Both the position numbers and the translations under genes were made by a program. A DNA stretch of 63,094 nucleotides, the filler included, from Octopus bimaculoides (taxonomy: Eukaryota), in assembly GCF_001194135.2 (NCBI RefSeq). It is 4 parts of 3 records of this genome, joined end to end, with 100 filler letters (N's around TTAATTAATTAA, not from the genome) between each part and the next. Parts side by side here need not be neighbours in the genome. Positions count along the whole stretch, not along the records: positions 24,343 to 38,546 come from NC_068985.1; positions 38,647 to 41,855 come from NC_068985.1; positions 41,956 to 63,094 come from NC_068982.1; 1 more part is not named here. One strand, 5' to 3'. Positions 36,958-50,469 of this stretch are shown here, piece by piece (position 1 is the first letter of the stretch; each line of letters starts with the position of its first letter). Below the pieces are notes generated by a model. That model was not told the DNA's origin, ran no database searches, and worked only from the letters and a program-made list of their open reading frames with translations.

Positions 36958-37316
36958 TTTACTCTTGTACTTGTTTCAGTCACTTGACTGCGGCCATGCT
37001 GTAGCACCGCCTTTAGTCGAGCAAATCGACCTCAGGACTTATTCTTTGTAAGCCCAGTACTTATTATATCGGTCAATTTTGCCGAACCGCTAAGTTACGG
37101 GGACGTAAACACACCAGTATCGGTTGTCAAGAGGGGACAAACACAAACACATACGACGGGCTTCTTTCAGTTTCCGTCTACCAAGTCCACACACAAGGCT
37201 TTGGTCGGCCCGAGGCTATAGTAGAAGACACTTGCCCAAGGTGCCACGCAGCGGGACTGAACCCGGAACCATGTGGTTGGTTAGCAAGCTACTTACCACA
37301 CAGCCACTCCTGCGCC
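36958..37316 (-). mobile_element. SINE family 1, full length, with little internal microsatellite
   Basis: Head GGCGCAGGAGTGGCTGTGTGGTAAG through to the tail. Confidence 0.9.
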
Positions 37317-37624
37317 TCCGCCCTGTTTTTTCCTGTACGCCTATAGACACGTACAAGGAACTTTGTATGTGCGTGCGCATATTGATATATGCGTACATGC
37401 GATAATATACTCAGTTTTAGACGCGTTTTGACCTTGTCACTACACAGTAATTTCCCTTTGTTTTTAATGGTCATTTTTCACAGGAATTTTCAATGGCTGG
37501 ATAACTGAAGGGATGTTGGCGTGGGCTCCCTGCCTGGCATCCGAAACTCGGAGTCTTATCATGGCTACTGAATAAGTGTCACATATTTTTACAGATATAT
37601 ATATATATACATATATATTGTGTA

Positions 37625-37785
37625 TAGGCTTGGCTGTGGAGCAAGAAGCTTGCTTCTCAAGCACATGGTTCCAGGTTCAGTTCCACTGTGTGGCGCCTTG
37701 GGTAAGTGTCTTCTCCTAAAGCCTCGGGCCGACCAAAGCCTCCTGAGTGGGTTTCATAGACGGAAAGAAGCCCATCGTGTATACG

Positions 37786-37845
<60 letters not shown>

Positions 37846-38075
37846 TATATATTATACATAATTAGAATAAAATCATTATTTAATGATTTATCAGTGGCCA
37901 GCATGCTAAAAATACAATAATGGTTAAGTTATATTCAAATTATAATAAGGGTGCTGAATGGTTACAACACCTCTGCAAGAAATAGACCCCAAATGCTCTA
38001 TGAACCACTTAGTTTATTACTCCACTACGCAAGATTATAAGCGAGGAAAAATAGATAGAAAGGGTTTATAAAATA

Positions 38076-38169
<94 letters not shown>

Positions 38170-38202
38170 ATGTATATGTATATATCTATATGCGTGTGTA
38201 TA

Positions 38203-38235
<33 letters not shown>

Positions 38236-38442
38236 ATGTGTCTGTGTTAGTCTCACCCCCATCACTTAACAACCGATGTTGGTGTGTTTACGTCCCCGTA
38301 ACTTAGCAAAAGAGACCGATAGAATAAGTACTAAGGCTTACAAAGGATAAGTCCTGGGGTTGATTTCTTCGGCTAAAAGCTCTTCAAGGCGGTGCTCCAG
38401 CATGGCCGCAATCAAATGCCTGAAACAAGTAAAAGAATAAAA
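37625..38442 (+). mobile_element. SINE family 1 pieces: 5' half (37625-37785) and 3' half (38235-38442), separated by microsatellite and unique DNA
   Basis: Motif matches to other copies. Confidence 0.75.
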
Positions 38443-38646
38443 GAAGGCACACGTACACACTCACACACACACACTCACACACACACACTCACATATGATT
38501 GTATGTGCGTTTACGCGTACGCATGTGTGAAAATGTATGTATGTATNNNNNNNNNNNNNNNNNNNNNNNNNNNNNNNNNNNNNNNNNNNNTTAATTAATT
38601 AANNNNNNNNNNNNNNNNNNNNNNNNNNNNNNNNNNNNNNNNNNNN

Positions 38647-38688
<42 letters not shown>

Positions 38689-38746
38689 CATATATATATA
38701 CATATGTATATGAGTATGTGTATGTATTGATATTTTGATATGTATA

Positions 38747-38777
<31 letters not shown>

Positions 38778-39334
38778 GTATATGTGTGTGTGTTCGTATG
38801 TATATGTGAGTGTGAGTTTTGACGTGGGCGTGTATATAAATATGCATATATGAACTTATTGGAGGAAATGTAGGTCTGTTTGTGTATATATATGCGCATA
38901 CACATAAGGATAAGTGTTTATATATATTCATCTTTATAATGCCTTTTTATTACATAACATTCCTTTCCAAAAATTTTTTTTATTGTATTTATATTATCCC
39001 ATCTACTCCAAAATCTATAGTCTGAATTTTTCTTTCCACTCTCTCTCTCTTTCTCTTTTTTTTCTCTTCCTTCCTTTCTTGTCCTTAGTACTATCTGGTA
39101 GCGTCCACATCTCTAACGGTTTTTTCAAATGAATTACATTATAACCTTATCCATCTATAGTTCTCATACTCGGTCATAATGTCTTACGTTTCAGATGATC
39201 CCCATACATTTCCCTGAGGAGAAGTTTACATTTTAAACATCGACGATTCCTATGGATCGCATGAATTGTAATTCTTCGAAACATATGTCAGAATAAAGTA
39301 TGCAGTTATAACATGCGTTCACTCCATTCCTTAA

Positions 39335-39385
<51 letters not shown>

Positions 39386-39386
<1 letters not shown>

Positions 39387-40637
39387 TGTGGTTGGACAAG
39401 ATAATAGAAACACCTTAAAATTTCAAACAAATTAATTTTAATATGGGGTAGAACTTCCTTTGGCAGTAACTACAGCTGGAATTCTACGAGGTATGAACTC
39501 GTAAAAAGTTTGAATTGTTTCCAAAGGAATTTTTCTCCATTTATCAACTAAAACAGTCTCCAGTTCTTGTAGTGATGATGGTGGAGGATATCGACTCCTT
39601 ACTTGTTTTCCTAAAATGCACCATAAATGTTCAATAATATTGAGATCTTGGGACAGTGGTGGCCAGATAGGATGTTCAACTGCACTAGAATATTCCCCGT
39701 GTCATTCAGTAACAACTTTAGCTGTGTGAATTGGTGCATTATCATCCTAAAAGTTTATGTCTCCCTCCGGAAACGGTTCCGCAACCATAGGATGATTTTG
39801 ATCAGATAAAATGCATAAATAGTCTTGACTATAAATTCTGCCATGAAGGAAAACCATTACACCGGCGGATTTTCAAGATATAACCACCCCCAGATCATCA
39901 CAGATCCTCCTCCATGTTTAACAGTTGGAAGAAGCCGGTCTGCGTCAAATGCCTCTTTTGGCTGTCTCCACACGAATACTCGGCTGGTGGTCGGCAATAT
40001 AATAAAGAGTGACTCGTCCGAGGAAATAACATTTTCCCACTGCTCTAGGGACTAATTTTGTAGGTTTTTACACCACTCTAAATGCTTTGCAACGTTTGAT
40101 TTTGAGAGTAGTGGATTTCTGATTGCAGCCCTACAGTGAAATCCGGCTTTGTGCAACTCCTGGCGAACAGTTTTTTTTGGAAACCGGGTTCTCGAGGTAG
40201 TAATTAAGCTCTGAAGTAATTTAGGGAGCTGTACTTTTCTGATCCTTTCTAAAAATTCGCGTAAGAGTCCGACGGTCCCTATCTGAAAGTTTTGGTTTTC
40301 TTCCGGAGTTTTGTTTCGACGAGGAGGTTTTTCTCTCTTTCTCAAAGGCTGTGAATACTTTCAAGACAGTACTTCTTGATACAACAAACATATCGGCTGT
40401 TTTCGTTACGCTAGCGTGTGCCATACGAGAGCCAACAATTTGACCTCTTTGAAAGTCCGATAGACCTGTTATTTTAATGAATTTCAATTACCTTTTTGTG
40501 GTGATATCTGAAAGTAAACAGCAATTTTAACAAAACATATTAAGCAACACAAGTAATAAATAAAAAACAAAAATATAGTAGCTGTTGACAGCTTTATATA
40601 TATTTCAAGATTATATTTCCATTATTTTGTCCAGCCC

Positions 40638-40639
<2 letters not shown>
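39386..40639 (-). mobile_element. Tc1 (DD34E-type) transposon, full extent, decayed, in (TA)n
   Basis: TIRs CTGTGGTTGGACAAGATAATAGAAA and TTTCCATTATTTTGTCCAGCCCTG with TA flanks. Transposase LSDFQRGQIVG...SGRKPKLSDRDRR...SDES...TVKHGGGSVMIWG...DNAPIH...LNIIEHLW. Confidence 0.9.
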
Positions 40640-40687
<48 letters not shown>

Positions 40688-41821
40688 NNNNNNNNNNNNN
40701 NNNNNNNNNNNNNNNNNNNNNNNNNNNNNNNNNNNNNNNNNNNNNNNNNNNNNNNNNNNNNNNNNNNNNNNNNNNNNNNNNNNNNNNNNNNNNNNNNNNN
40801 NNNNNNNNNNNNNNNNNNNNNNNNNNNNNNNNNNNNNNNNNNNNNNNNNNNNNNNNNNGTGTGTGTGTGTGTGTGTGTGTATGTGTGTGTGTGTGTGTGT
40901 GTGTGTTTGTATATATATATATATATCTGTTCTTGTATGTAAAACAATTTGTTATATTGATTGAGTTTCACTTTTCAAATCATGTTAAATTCATACATTT
41001 CTATATTACTGACTTAACAGTTTATGAAGCTGCTAATATGAGGATTTTGGGCTATCACGATCTTTTGAATGTCTGCATTATTATTTCACTTTCGTCACGC
41101 TGAATACATAAATTTTTATTTACCTGCTTGCTTATGTATTGTGCTATGCTATTTATATTTAATGTATTGGTAGTTTTGTTACTACATATGGTTGGTTGTG
41201 TTGTCTATGCGTGTCAGCTGTGTAAACCGTCAATAAGCGTAGATATGTGTGTGTGTTTCTAAGTAAATATATGTGATAATGCATGCGTATGTACCATTGC
41301 TCATATGTTTGTGATAATATGCTATTTCACGGCTCGGTTATCTTTTTTATTATTACGTCCGTTTATCATTTAAATGTCTTCACATGTATATCAATATATT
41401 TAAGTGCATTGCATACTCTTATGGAAGTATGTCTATCTACATTGTATCAATTGGGCTTCAAACTGAATTTATTATTAATAGAGCTTCATGACATTATCGG
41501 CTTTGTTCTTCTTGTATTCCAATGCGACTAAACTAGTGCATTGTGGCCGTGTCAACATGACCTGGCTTCAGTTATTTTAGGTTTTATTATTTATTCTCAT
41601 ATCCATGTTACATTTTTTAAAATTAGTCCTAATTTTGGAGAATATTAGATTTTTTCTTTTTCTTTCATCGTTCATATTTTTATGCACTAATTCTGTAGCC
41701 TATATTTTCTTACTTTAATATCTTATTTGTAAATTTACATGTTATTTTATACTAAACGCTGTTAATCTGACCCTTGCTCGTTATATTATCTATATCTATA
41801 AAAGGCAGGATGTGCGTGTGT

Positions 41822-41855
<34 letters not shown>

Positions 41856-42404
41856 NNNNNNNNNNNNNNNNNNNNNNNNNNNNNNNNNNNNNNNNNNNNT
41901 TAATTAATTAANNNNNNNNNNNNNNNNNNNNNNNNNNNNNNNNNNNNNNNNNNNNGAGAGAGAGAGAGAGAGACAGACAGAGAGAGAGAGAGAGAGAGAG
42001 ACAGACACAGAGAGACAGACAGAGAGAGAGAGAGAGAAAGAGAGAGATAGACTAGTGCCACCTCCTTTACAATGATCTTGGTCCTTCTGTCACACGTTGC
42101 TGTTGTTGTTTAACCCTAACACAACTCTGGCTATACCTGAATGAGACGATCTGGCGCAACTGTTTAGACGCAGACGATTTGGTACAGCTGATTGGACGTT
42201 CAGACTGTTGCCGGTCAAAGTATGTTCAGGTGATGGGGGCAAACACACAGATATACATGCGCCCACACGTGCAGATATATAAACATTTATATGGAAAGAA
42301 TGAGGAAAAGAAGAGTAGAGAGAGAAGGAGAGGAAGTGGGAGAGAGAGGTGGGAGAAAAAGGTGGGAGAGAGAGGTAGGAGAGAGAGAGATTACGATGTG
42401 TTAA

Positions 42405-42597
42405 TTGGTTTTAAATTTTGGTACGAGGCCAGTAATTTTGGGGGAAGGGTAAGTTGATTACATCGGTCCCAGTACTCAACTGGTACTTATTTTATCGACC
42501 CCGAAAGGATGAAAAGCAAAGTCAACCTCGGTGGAATTTGAACTCAGAACCTAAAAACGGATGAAATGCTGGTAAGCATTTTACCCGGCATGCTTAC
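42405..42597 (-). mobile_element. SINE family 2
   Basis: CTGGTACTTATTTTATCGACCCCGAAAGGATGAAAAGC. Confidence 0.85.
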
Positions 42598-42639
42598 AAT
42601 TTATTAATTGAACACGATTGACATAAACACTTTACACCG

Positions 42640-42840
42640 TCACAACTTGTTGTTTACAATCCACAGCAGTAATTGTTTTCACCTCAATAGACATCAGTGA
42701 TTGGTTGAAATTACCGAAATACGACAATTTTAACACGAAATAACTTTAAAAATATAAACTTTTCTCAACAACACTTGAAAGTGTTTCGTTAAGAAAACAA
42801 GTGGTGTCCGCCAAATCAGAAAGATCCGAATTATGCTCAC
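42640..42840. mobile_element. Solo arm of the foldback element seen at 30170-30940
   Basis: AATTGTTTTCACCTCAATAGAC.TCAGTGATTGGTTGAAATTACCGAAATACGACAA is shared. Confidence 0.75.
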
Positions 42841-42851
42841 ACATGTAAACT

Positions 42852-42907
<56 letters not shown>

Positions 42908-43123
42908 GAAAAAAAGAAACAGAAAGAGAGACAGAGAGAAAGGGAGAGAGAGAGAAACATAGAGAGGGAGAAGAGATAGAGGAAGAGAGTGACAGCAAGA
43001 AAAAGAGTGACAGACAGACCGCAAGAGAAAGAGAGAGACATATGTTACAGTCTATTAACTGAACATGATTTGCATAAATTCTTTCTCTCCCTCTCCTGTT
43101 ACGCATAATGAGAAATATGCTCC

Positions 43124-43223
<100 letters not shown>

Positions 43224-43314
43224 AAAAGAATTACTAAAATGGTTGATGCCAAAGAAGTCAACGTTGAATCAGTGACGCCAAATAAACGATGCCAAAACGG
43301 TTGCACCTCTATTT

Positions 43315-43662
43315 CAGTGGTTCTCAACTGGACTTCATATGGTCCCTGAGGATCCATATAAGACTTCTAGGGATCCACAAAACAAAACAGTAAGCAGGGG
43401 ATCTACAACTGTATTTCAAGGGCCCCTGAAAACATTTTGCTGTAGATGTATGTAGTGGTATGTATTGCAAGAAGCAGCTAGGTTTCTTTCTCTAACATTT
43501 TACACAGTTCAACCTACACAAGTTAATGTGTGGAAAACAAAATAGAAATTTTGAAAGAAGTTTCTATAAAACTAGTTTTTAAACATCAAATGACTGTGGG
43601 GTCCACCAGAATTAAATAGGAATGAAAGGGGTCCATAGATAAAAAATGGTTGAGAACCCCTG
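43315..43662. mobile_element. hAT (Charlie-like) MITE, 348 bp
   Basis: TIRs CAGTGGTTCTCAAC and GTTGAGAACCCCTG; flanks CTCTATTT and CTCTATCA (decayed 8-bp TSD). Confidence 0.85.
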
Positions 43663-45147
43663 CTCTATCACATGTTGCTGCTATTGTTTAATCTTGAGAC
43701 AGCACTGATGCCAGTGTTAGAATGGTGGCAGCTGATGAAGGAAATGTTCTCTATGTGGCCTGTGTGTTTTCTTATCATTTTGTCTACGTTTTGTTTGCAA
43801 TGTCCTGTACCCAGATATGTATCTATATATACAGGTAGATGTAAGCATGTACATACATGTACGTATATATGCATATACTCATTTATTATTTGTTCTATAT
43901 ACAAACACATTGAAACTATAACCATTTCATTTTTTTTTGGGGGGGGGGAATAGTGTATCAAGGACTATAGTGTTCAATGTCTGTAAAGCCACCTGCTAAA
44001 TAATTCTCCAANNNNNNNNNNNNNNNNNNNNNNNNNNNNNNNNNNNNNNNNNNNNNNNNNNNNNNNNNNNNNNNNNNNNNNNNNNNNNNNNNNNNNNNNN
44101 NNNNNNNNNNNNNNNNNNNNNNNNNNNNNNNNNNNNNNNNNNNNNNNNNNNNNNNNNNNNNNNNNNNNNNNNNNNNNNNNNNNNNNNNNNNNNNNNNNNN
44201 NNNNNNNNNNNNNNNNNNNNNNNNNNNNNNNNNNNNNNNNNNNNNNNNNNNNNNNNNNNNNNNNNNNNNNNNNNNNNNNNNNNNNNNNNNNNNNNNNNNN
44301 NNNNNNNNNNNNNNNNNNNNNNNNNNNNNNNNNNNNNNNNNNNNNNNNNNNNNNNNNNNNNNNNNNNNNNNNNNNNNNNNNNNNNNNNNNNNNNNNNNNN
44401 NNNNNNNNNNNNNNNNNNNNNNNNNNNNNNNNNNNNNNNNNNNNNNNNNNNNNNNNNNNNNNNNNNNNNNNNNNNNNNNNNNNNNNNNNNNNNNNNNNNN
44501 NNNNNNNNNNNNNNNNNNNNNNNNNNNNNNNNNNNNNNNNNNNNNNNNNNNNNNNNNNNNNNNNNNNNNNNNNNNNNNNNNNNNNNNNNNNNNNNNNNNN
44601 NNNNNNNNNNNNNNNNNNNNNNNNNNNNNNNNNNNNNNNNNNNNNNNNNNNNNNNNNNNNNNNNNNNNNNNNNNNNNNNNNNNNNNNNNNNNNNNNNNNN
44701 NNNNNNNNNNNNNNNNNNNNNNNNNNNNNNNNNNNNNNNNNNNNNNNNNNNNNNNNNNNNNNNNNNNNNNNNNNNNNNNNNNNNNNNNNNNNNNNNNNNN
44801 NNNNNNNNNNNNNNNNNNNNNNNNNNNNNNNNNNNNNNNNNNNNNNNNNNNNNNNNNNNNNNNNNNNNNNNNNNNNNNNNNNNNNNNNNNNNNNNNNNNN
44901 NNNNNNNNNNNNNNNNNNNNNNNNNNNNNNNNNNNNNNNNNNNNNNNNNNNAGAGAGAGAGAGAGAGAAAGCGAGAGAGTGAGAGAGAGAGAGTAAGAGA
45001 GTGAAAGCTAGTGGGGGGGAGACCTTGTCATTGCTATGTTAAATCTACTTGTCTTCGTTTGGCTGTCCTATGGTATGCAGCTAGAGAACCGAAGGATGAA
45101 GGACTCTTAGATCCATTTTCTCAGTTATACCAAGACTTTGTCTGGCT

Positions 45148-45300
45148 CAGTGGTTCTCAACCGGGATCCACGTGACCTCTAGGGATCCATATAATATTTC
45201 TGGGGGGGTCCATGCTAAGAAGATAGTAAATTGGTAATCCACAGTGGGGTCTTTTCAGCTTGGCTGCCAATTTTCGAAAATTTGAAGTTGATTGAAAATT
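45148..45300. mobile_element. hAT MITE, left portion
   Basis: CAGTGGTTCTCAACCGGGATCC...; no right TIR seen. Confidence 0.6.
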
Positions 45301-45899
45301 TTAACATTTGGTAATTAAAGTAGTTTCCCAAGATGAATCTCAGGAAACATTTCACCGTTTCCAGAAAAATGTTTGTAAAAAGGGATCTATTCCGTTTGGC
45401 TGCCAGCATAAGTTCTGTTCGAATTGATTTCATATTCGGTATAGGCTAATGAATGATGTTATAAATCAATAAATAAAGAGTAATAACTCTTTATTTATTG
45501 ATTAAAGTTTGAAAATTTTGAGTAATTTTAGCCAATCGTAAGTCACAGACACATTCATACCTGTTTTCATCTTAACAAGCGGAACATGAGAACTCTTTTG
45601 TCTGCGAGAAAGCACGTGTTGACAAATATATTGAAACCACTTGTTTTACTTATCTGTTGACAATTGAGCATGTGAATATATGAACTGGTCAACAAAATGT
45701 TTGTTTTTTAAAAATATTTTATTTGTAATGTGCTATTTTATTTTTAGATAAATCTTTTAAGTTCGTGCTATCGCATTAAATGCACATATAAATGCTTAAA
45801 ACTACAAAAGACTTATTGTTTACTCGTTTCTTTTTGTCAACACCAAAATTCTCTAGAGTGAAAATGTCAAATGCAATGATATAAAACAATGGAGTGGAC

Positions 45900-46392
45900 G
45901 AGACTGGCACTAAAAACACTGTACACGCGAGTAGGTGCGATCTCTAGAGCCTTGACTAACAACCCACCTAGTGATGGTGTCGTGATAAAAATACTGGTGA
46001 CTGCACAAACTTACAAAGCTACCGCTAAATGAGTGATGTTAAAAATAACCACAACTGCGTTAACAGGACTGGAACTGCTAACAGTGAAGGTGTCGCGCAC
46101 GACAGGCAGGGAGTATCTGGTCAAGTTCCGGCAGATTGTCATCAAGCTATTGATCAGGACCAAAATTGCAGTCAAAACTGCAAAAGAAAAAGAATGAAAT
46201 GAGGAAAAGATGTAAACAAAATTATAGAATGTTGATTGAGGAGTGAATCAAATAAAAGAGGCTACATGAATCGAATGAAGAGGATATGGGATGAAAAAGT
46301 AGGTTTTGAAGTATCCGCCCAGCGACTAATAGACCAAGCAAGAACAATCCGTAGGAACGACTAGATTACAGGAATAAAGATTGCATGGAATT
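45900..46392 (+). mobile_element. R4/Dong-like LINE, N-terminal fragment
   Basis: KRGYMNRMKRIWDEKVGFEVSAQRLIDQARTIRRN, homologous to RKRMLTLWVKKSIFKVTEQRLVDQANAIRR at about 57150-57230. Confidence 0.7.
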
Positions 46393-46400
46393 GATTGTGT

Positions 46401-46480
<80 letters not shown>

Positions 46481-46515
46481 NNNNNNNNNNCATTATTATT
46501 ATTATTATTATTATT

Positions 46516-46958
46516 GAGTGAGAGAGCAGTGCATGCCATCAAAGTGACACTGGGCTAAAATATACGAAGCCCTGCATACTCATCATGACTACCGTCTGAT
46601 AAGGGTACACCAGGCACATGCATCACAACCATATGTGAGCGACATGGTGATCTCATATCAAGATAAACAGCGCATGACCTCGCAGGTGGGGCCCAGTCAG
46701 AATTTTTTCAGGTCGAGTAGCCCATCCCGCTCAAAAGGTCCCTAAATAAGGTTTGTTTAAGGATGTTGAGCAAAACACCCATGTTTCCAAAGGTGAATTA
46801 TCCAAATCCCAAAGAACTCCTCTCAACACATAGCTATGATACTCCCCCCACTACTTCTGCTCGTGATCAGAGATGCACATATCGTCAGCCACCAAGGGAC
46901 ATGCTCAACTGGTTAAGGTCAAACAACTGACAAGCAAATCTGTGGTATTAAGCAGAAT
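46516..46958. repeat. Unclassified ~440-bp dispersed repeat embedded in (TAT)n
   Basis: Flanked on both sides by (TAT)n; a high-identity partial copy in opposite orientation lies at 58007-58291; no ORF or tRNA head seen. Confidence 0.75.
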
Positions 46959-46972
46959 ATTATTATTATTAA

Positions 46973-47032
<60 letters not shown>

Positions 47033-47135
47033 CCTGTAGTCATTATCTTATAATATTTGACTGTATGTGTGTGTGCATGTGTGTNNNNNNNNNNNNNNNN
47101 NNNNNNNNNNNNNNNNNNNNNNNNNNNNNNNNNNN

Positions 47136-47191
<56 letters not shown>

Positions 47192-47520
47192 TGAGAGAGA
47201 ATGATCGTGTGAGTGCTTATTCGTGTATGTGGTAATGTGAAACACTTTTCTTGAACTCACGGGCCTTTATCGGATGGAAGGTTCTGAGGCTCATATCCCC
47301 TTTGCTGCTTTATCTTGACTTTTATCGTAAATCTCTGTGATTGGCGGAACGGAATGAATGAAAAAATTTAATTCCTGGTCCAATTAATGTTATTTTATGT
47401 ATTAAACATTCGATTATGTGGAGCAATTGTGTATTGCTGTTGTGAGTCGATAACATTATCTCTGTACCATTTATGCAGGTTTTGATAGTTTTCTAATGAA
47501 GTTATTTTCATGAAATGTTA

Positions 47521-47870
47521 AGTAAGACATAGTACTGCCTCCTTTTAACAGATGCTTTATTTATCTACGAAAAAGCGCAGTGTTCATGCCACTTGTGTAA
47601 CATCTGGATTTTGATGCCAAAAAAAACCCTCAAAAGACTTTACATTTCAATTTCACATTCTATTACATAGAAGCACTTTAGTCTTATAGATTTAATGCAA
47701 CTCATGCAAAATCTGCTATTCGATGCCATGAACTTCAAATTTTCTTTTTATATTCTATTTAGTAAGACAGAGCAGTGCCTCCTGGTAATAGATGTATAAC
47801 TTACCTACAATAAAGTGCAATGGTAATGCTACTTATGTAACAACATATTTTTAGATGCCAAAGACTTCCT
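47521..47870. repeat. Old direct duplication, period 240 bp
   Basis: AGTAAGACA.AG.A.TGCCTCC...AGATG...TTGATGCCAAA at 47521-47630 and 47761-47870. Confidence 0.6.
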
Positions 47871-48652
47871 ATTTTCATTGAAAAACGGTATATAGTACTG
47901 AAAAATTACGCTTTGCTTCTGATTGTTGGTTGGATTTGCAGCGGCGATGCTTTTATGGTACTCGATTATGGAAAATTTATTTCTTAAATTTTTTCATTTC
48001 TATTCATAGCTTATGTTTTATATTTTCTGTAATAAGCTATATATATATATATATATATATATNNNNNNNNNNNNNNNNNNNNNNNNNNNNNNNNNNNNNN
48101 NNNNNNNNNNNNNNNNNNNNNNNNNNNNNNNNNNNNNNNNNNNNNNNNNNNNNNNNNNNNNNNNNNNNNNNNNNNNNNNNNNNNNNNNNNNNNNNNNNNN
48201 NNNNNNNNNNNNNNNNNNNNNNNNNNNNNNNNNNNNNNNTTTTTTTTAACTTAAAAAGTGTAATTTACTGTAACGTTATAAAAGGCTTCAACTTTGAAGA
48301 ATATATCATTTAACATATTAATTAACCTAACAACGTACCATCATAGTTATTGTTAATTAGATTCTGTGTATTTTTATGAGCTCAAACCTCTTAGCTTTTT
48401 CACTATTAAATTTCATCGCAGACTTAATAATGTTTTCCTTGATGAAATTTTTATATCTACGCAAACATTCACTGTCGACATTAATATATAATATCAGCTA
48501 GGATCCTTACTTTAATCATGTTTTATGGCGTTTCTCTTGCGTTATTAGTTTCTATATTAATATCACAAAAATGTATTTTGTGTTATATTACATGGTTCGT
48601 GTTTGAAAGTTAATTGCAAGACCTTTTCAGCTTAATGTTTTTGTTAGCCCAA

Positions 48653-48806
48653 TGTTAGACCATTATCTGACTGTTGCAAGACCGTTATTAGACCGTTGTT
48701 GGATCACTGTTAGATGAGTGCTAAACCTTTGTTACATAGTTATTAGATCATTGTCAGACTGTTGTTAGACTATTATTGAACCACTGTTAGACCGTCGCTG
48801 GACCAT
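48653..48806. repeat. Degenerate 11-bp minisatellite, 14 units, consensus TGTTAGACCGT
   Basis: The units stay in register without indels. Confidence 0.8.
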
Positions 48807-49082
48807 TTTTGTAGCTTTTTACACTATTTGTATATAGTCATGGACTGGCGATTCAGTTCGCCTCCAACATGGTTCAGGTACGTGGTGTTGATAAGCCACA
48901 AAAATGGCGAAACATCTATATCTATCGTTCCCGAATGCGATTCCGGGCGAGTTGTTTCACCTGTCTATGACTTCCAGATGTTTTAACACCTGACGCTTTT
49001 GATGGAGTCATTCTCACTGCGCTAAATCACAGCCTACTTGCGAACAAGCAAAGCATGTACATTGAATATGTGTGGTCAATAA

Positions 49083-49125
<43 letters not shown>

Positions 49126-50018
49126 NNNNNNNNNNNNNNNNNNNNNNNNNNNNNNNNNNNNNNNNNNNNNNNNNNNNNNNNNNNNNNNNNNNNNNNNNNN
49201 NNNNNNNNNNNNNNNNNNNNNNNNNNNNNNNNNNNNNNNNNNNNNNNNNNNNNNNNNNNNNNNNNNNNNNNNNNNNNNNNNNNNNNNNNNNNNNNNNNNN
49301 NNNNNNNNNNNNNNNNNNNNNNNNNNNNNNNNNNNNNNNNNNNNNNNNNNNNNNNNNNNNNNNNNNNNNNNNNNNNNNNNNNNNNNNNNNNNNNNNNNNN
49401 NNNNNNNNNNNNNNNNNNNNNNNNNNNNNNNNNNNNNNNNNNNNNNNNNNNNNNNNNNNNNNNNNNNNNNNNNNNNNNNNNNNNNNNNNNNNNNNNNNNN
49501 NNNNNNNNNNNNNNNNNNNNNNNNNNNNNNNNNNNNNNNNNNNNNNNNNNNNNNNNNNNNNNNNNNNNNNNNNNNNNNNNNNNNNNNNNNNNNNNNNNNN
49601 NNNNNNNNNNNNNNNNNNNNNNNNNNNNNNNNNNNNNNNNNNNNNNNNNNNNNNNNNNNNNNNNNNNNNNNNNNNNNNNNNNNNNNNNNNNNNNNNNNNN
49701 NNNNNNNNNNNNNNNNNNNNNNNNNNNNNNNNNNNNNNNNNNNNNNNNNNNNNNNNNNNNNNNNNNNNNNNNNNNNNNNNNNNNNNNNNNNNNNNNNNNN
49801 NNNNNNNNNNNNNNNNNNNNNNNNNNNNNNNNNNNNNNNNNNNNNNNNNNNNNNNNNNNNNNNNNNNNNNNNNNNNNNNNNNNNNNNNNNNNNNNNNNNN
49901 NNNNNNNNNNNNNNNNNNNNNNNNNNNNNNNNNNNNNNNNNNTATATATATATACATATGTGTATGTGTGTGTATGTGCATATATATATTACATAATATA
50001 TCTATTATACTATAAAAC

Positions 50019-50098
<80 letters not shown>

Positions 50099-50469
50099 AC
50101 AGACAGGTAGGTAGGTAGATGAGAAGTCAATCGTTCGATTTATTAAATTTCGTATTCATTCAATTACTTTGCGAGTAAGTGACTGAGTACTCCACAGACA
50201 CGTGTATTTTCCGTCTTCTCAATTTAAGTCACAATATATGAGTCGAACAAGTTCTATTACTAGAAAACAGTTGCCTAAGATGCAAAGTTGCCCTCTGTAA
50301 GAAAGAGGCAATTCCAGGCTGCCAACATTCAGTGGGAGAAAGAATTCGGCATAATGGCGAGGATGCGTACTATGTCTGAAAGATGGATATCACATCGGTG
50401 AAAAGATTCGGAAAGACGAGTGAGTAGAATGCTTAAATGAATGCAAACCAAAATTTATCAGAATTTGGA

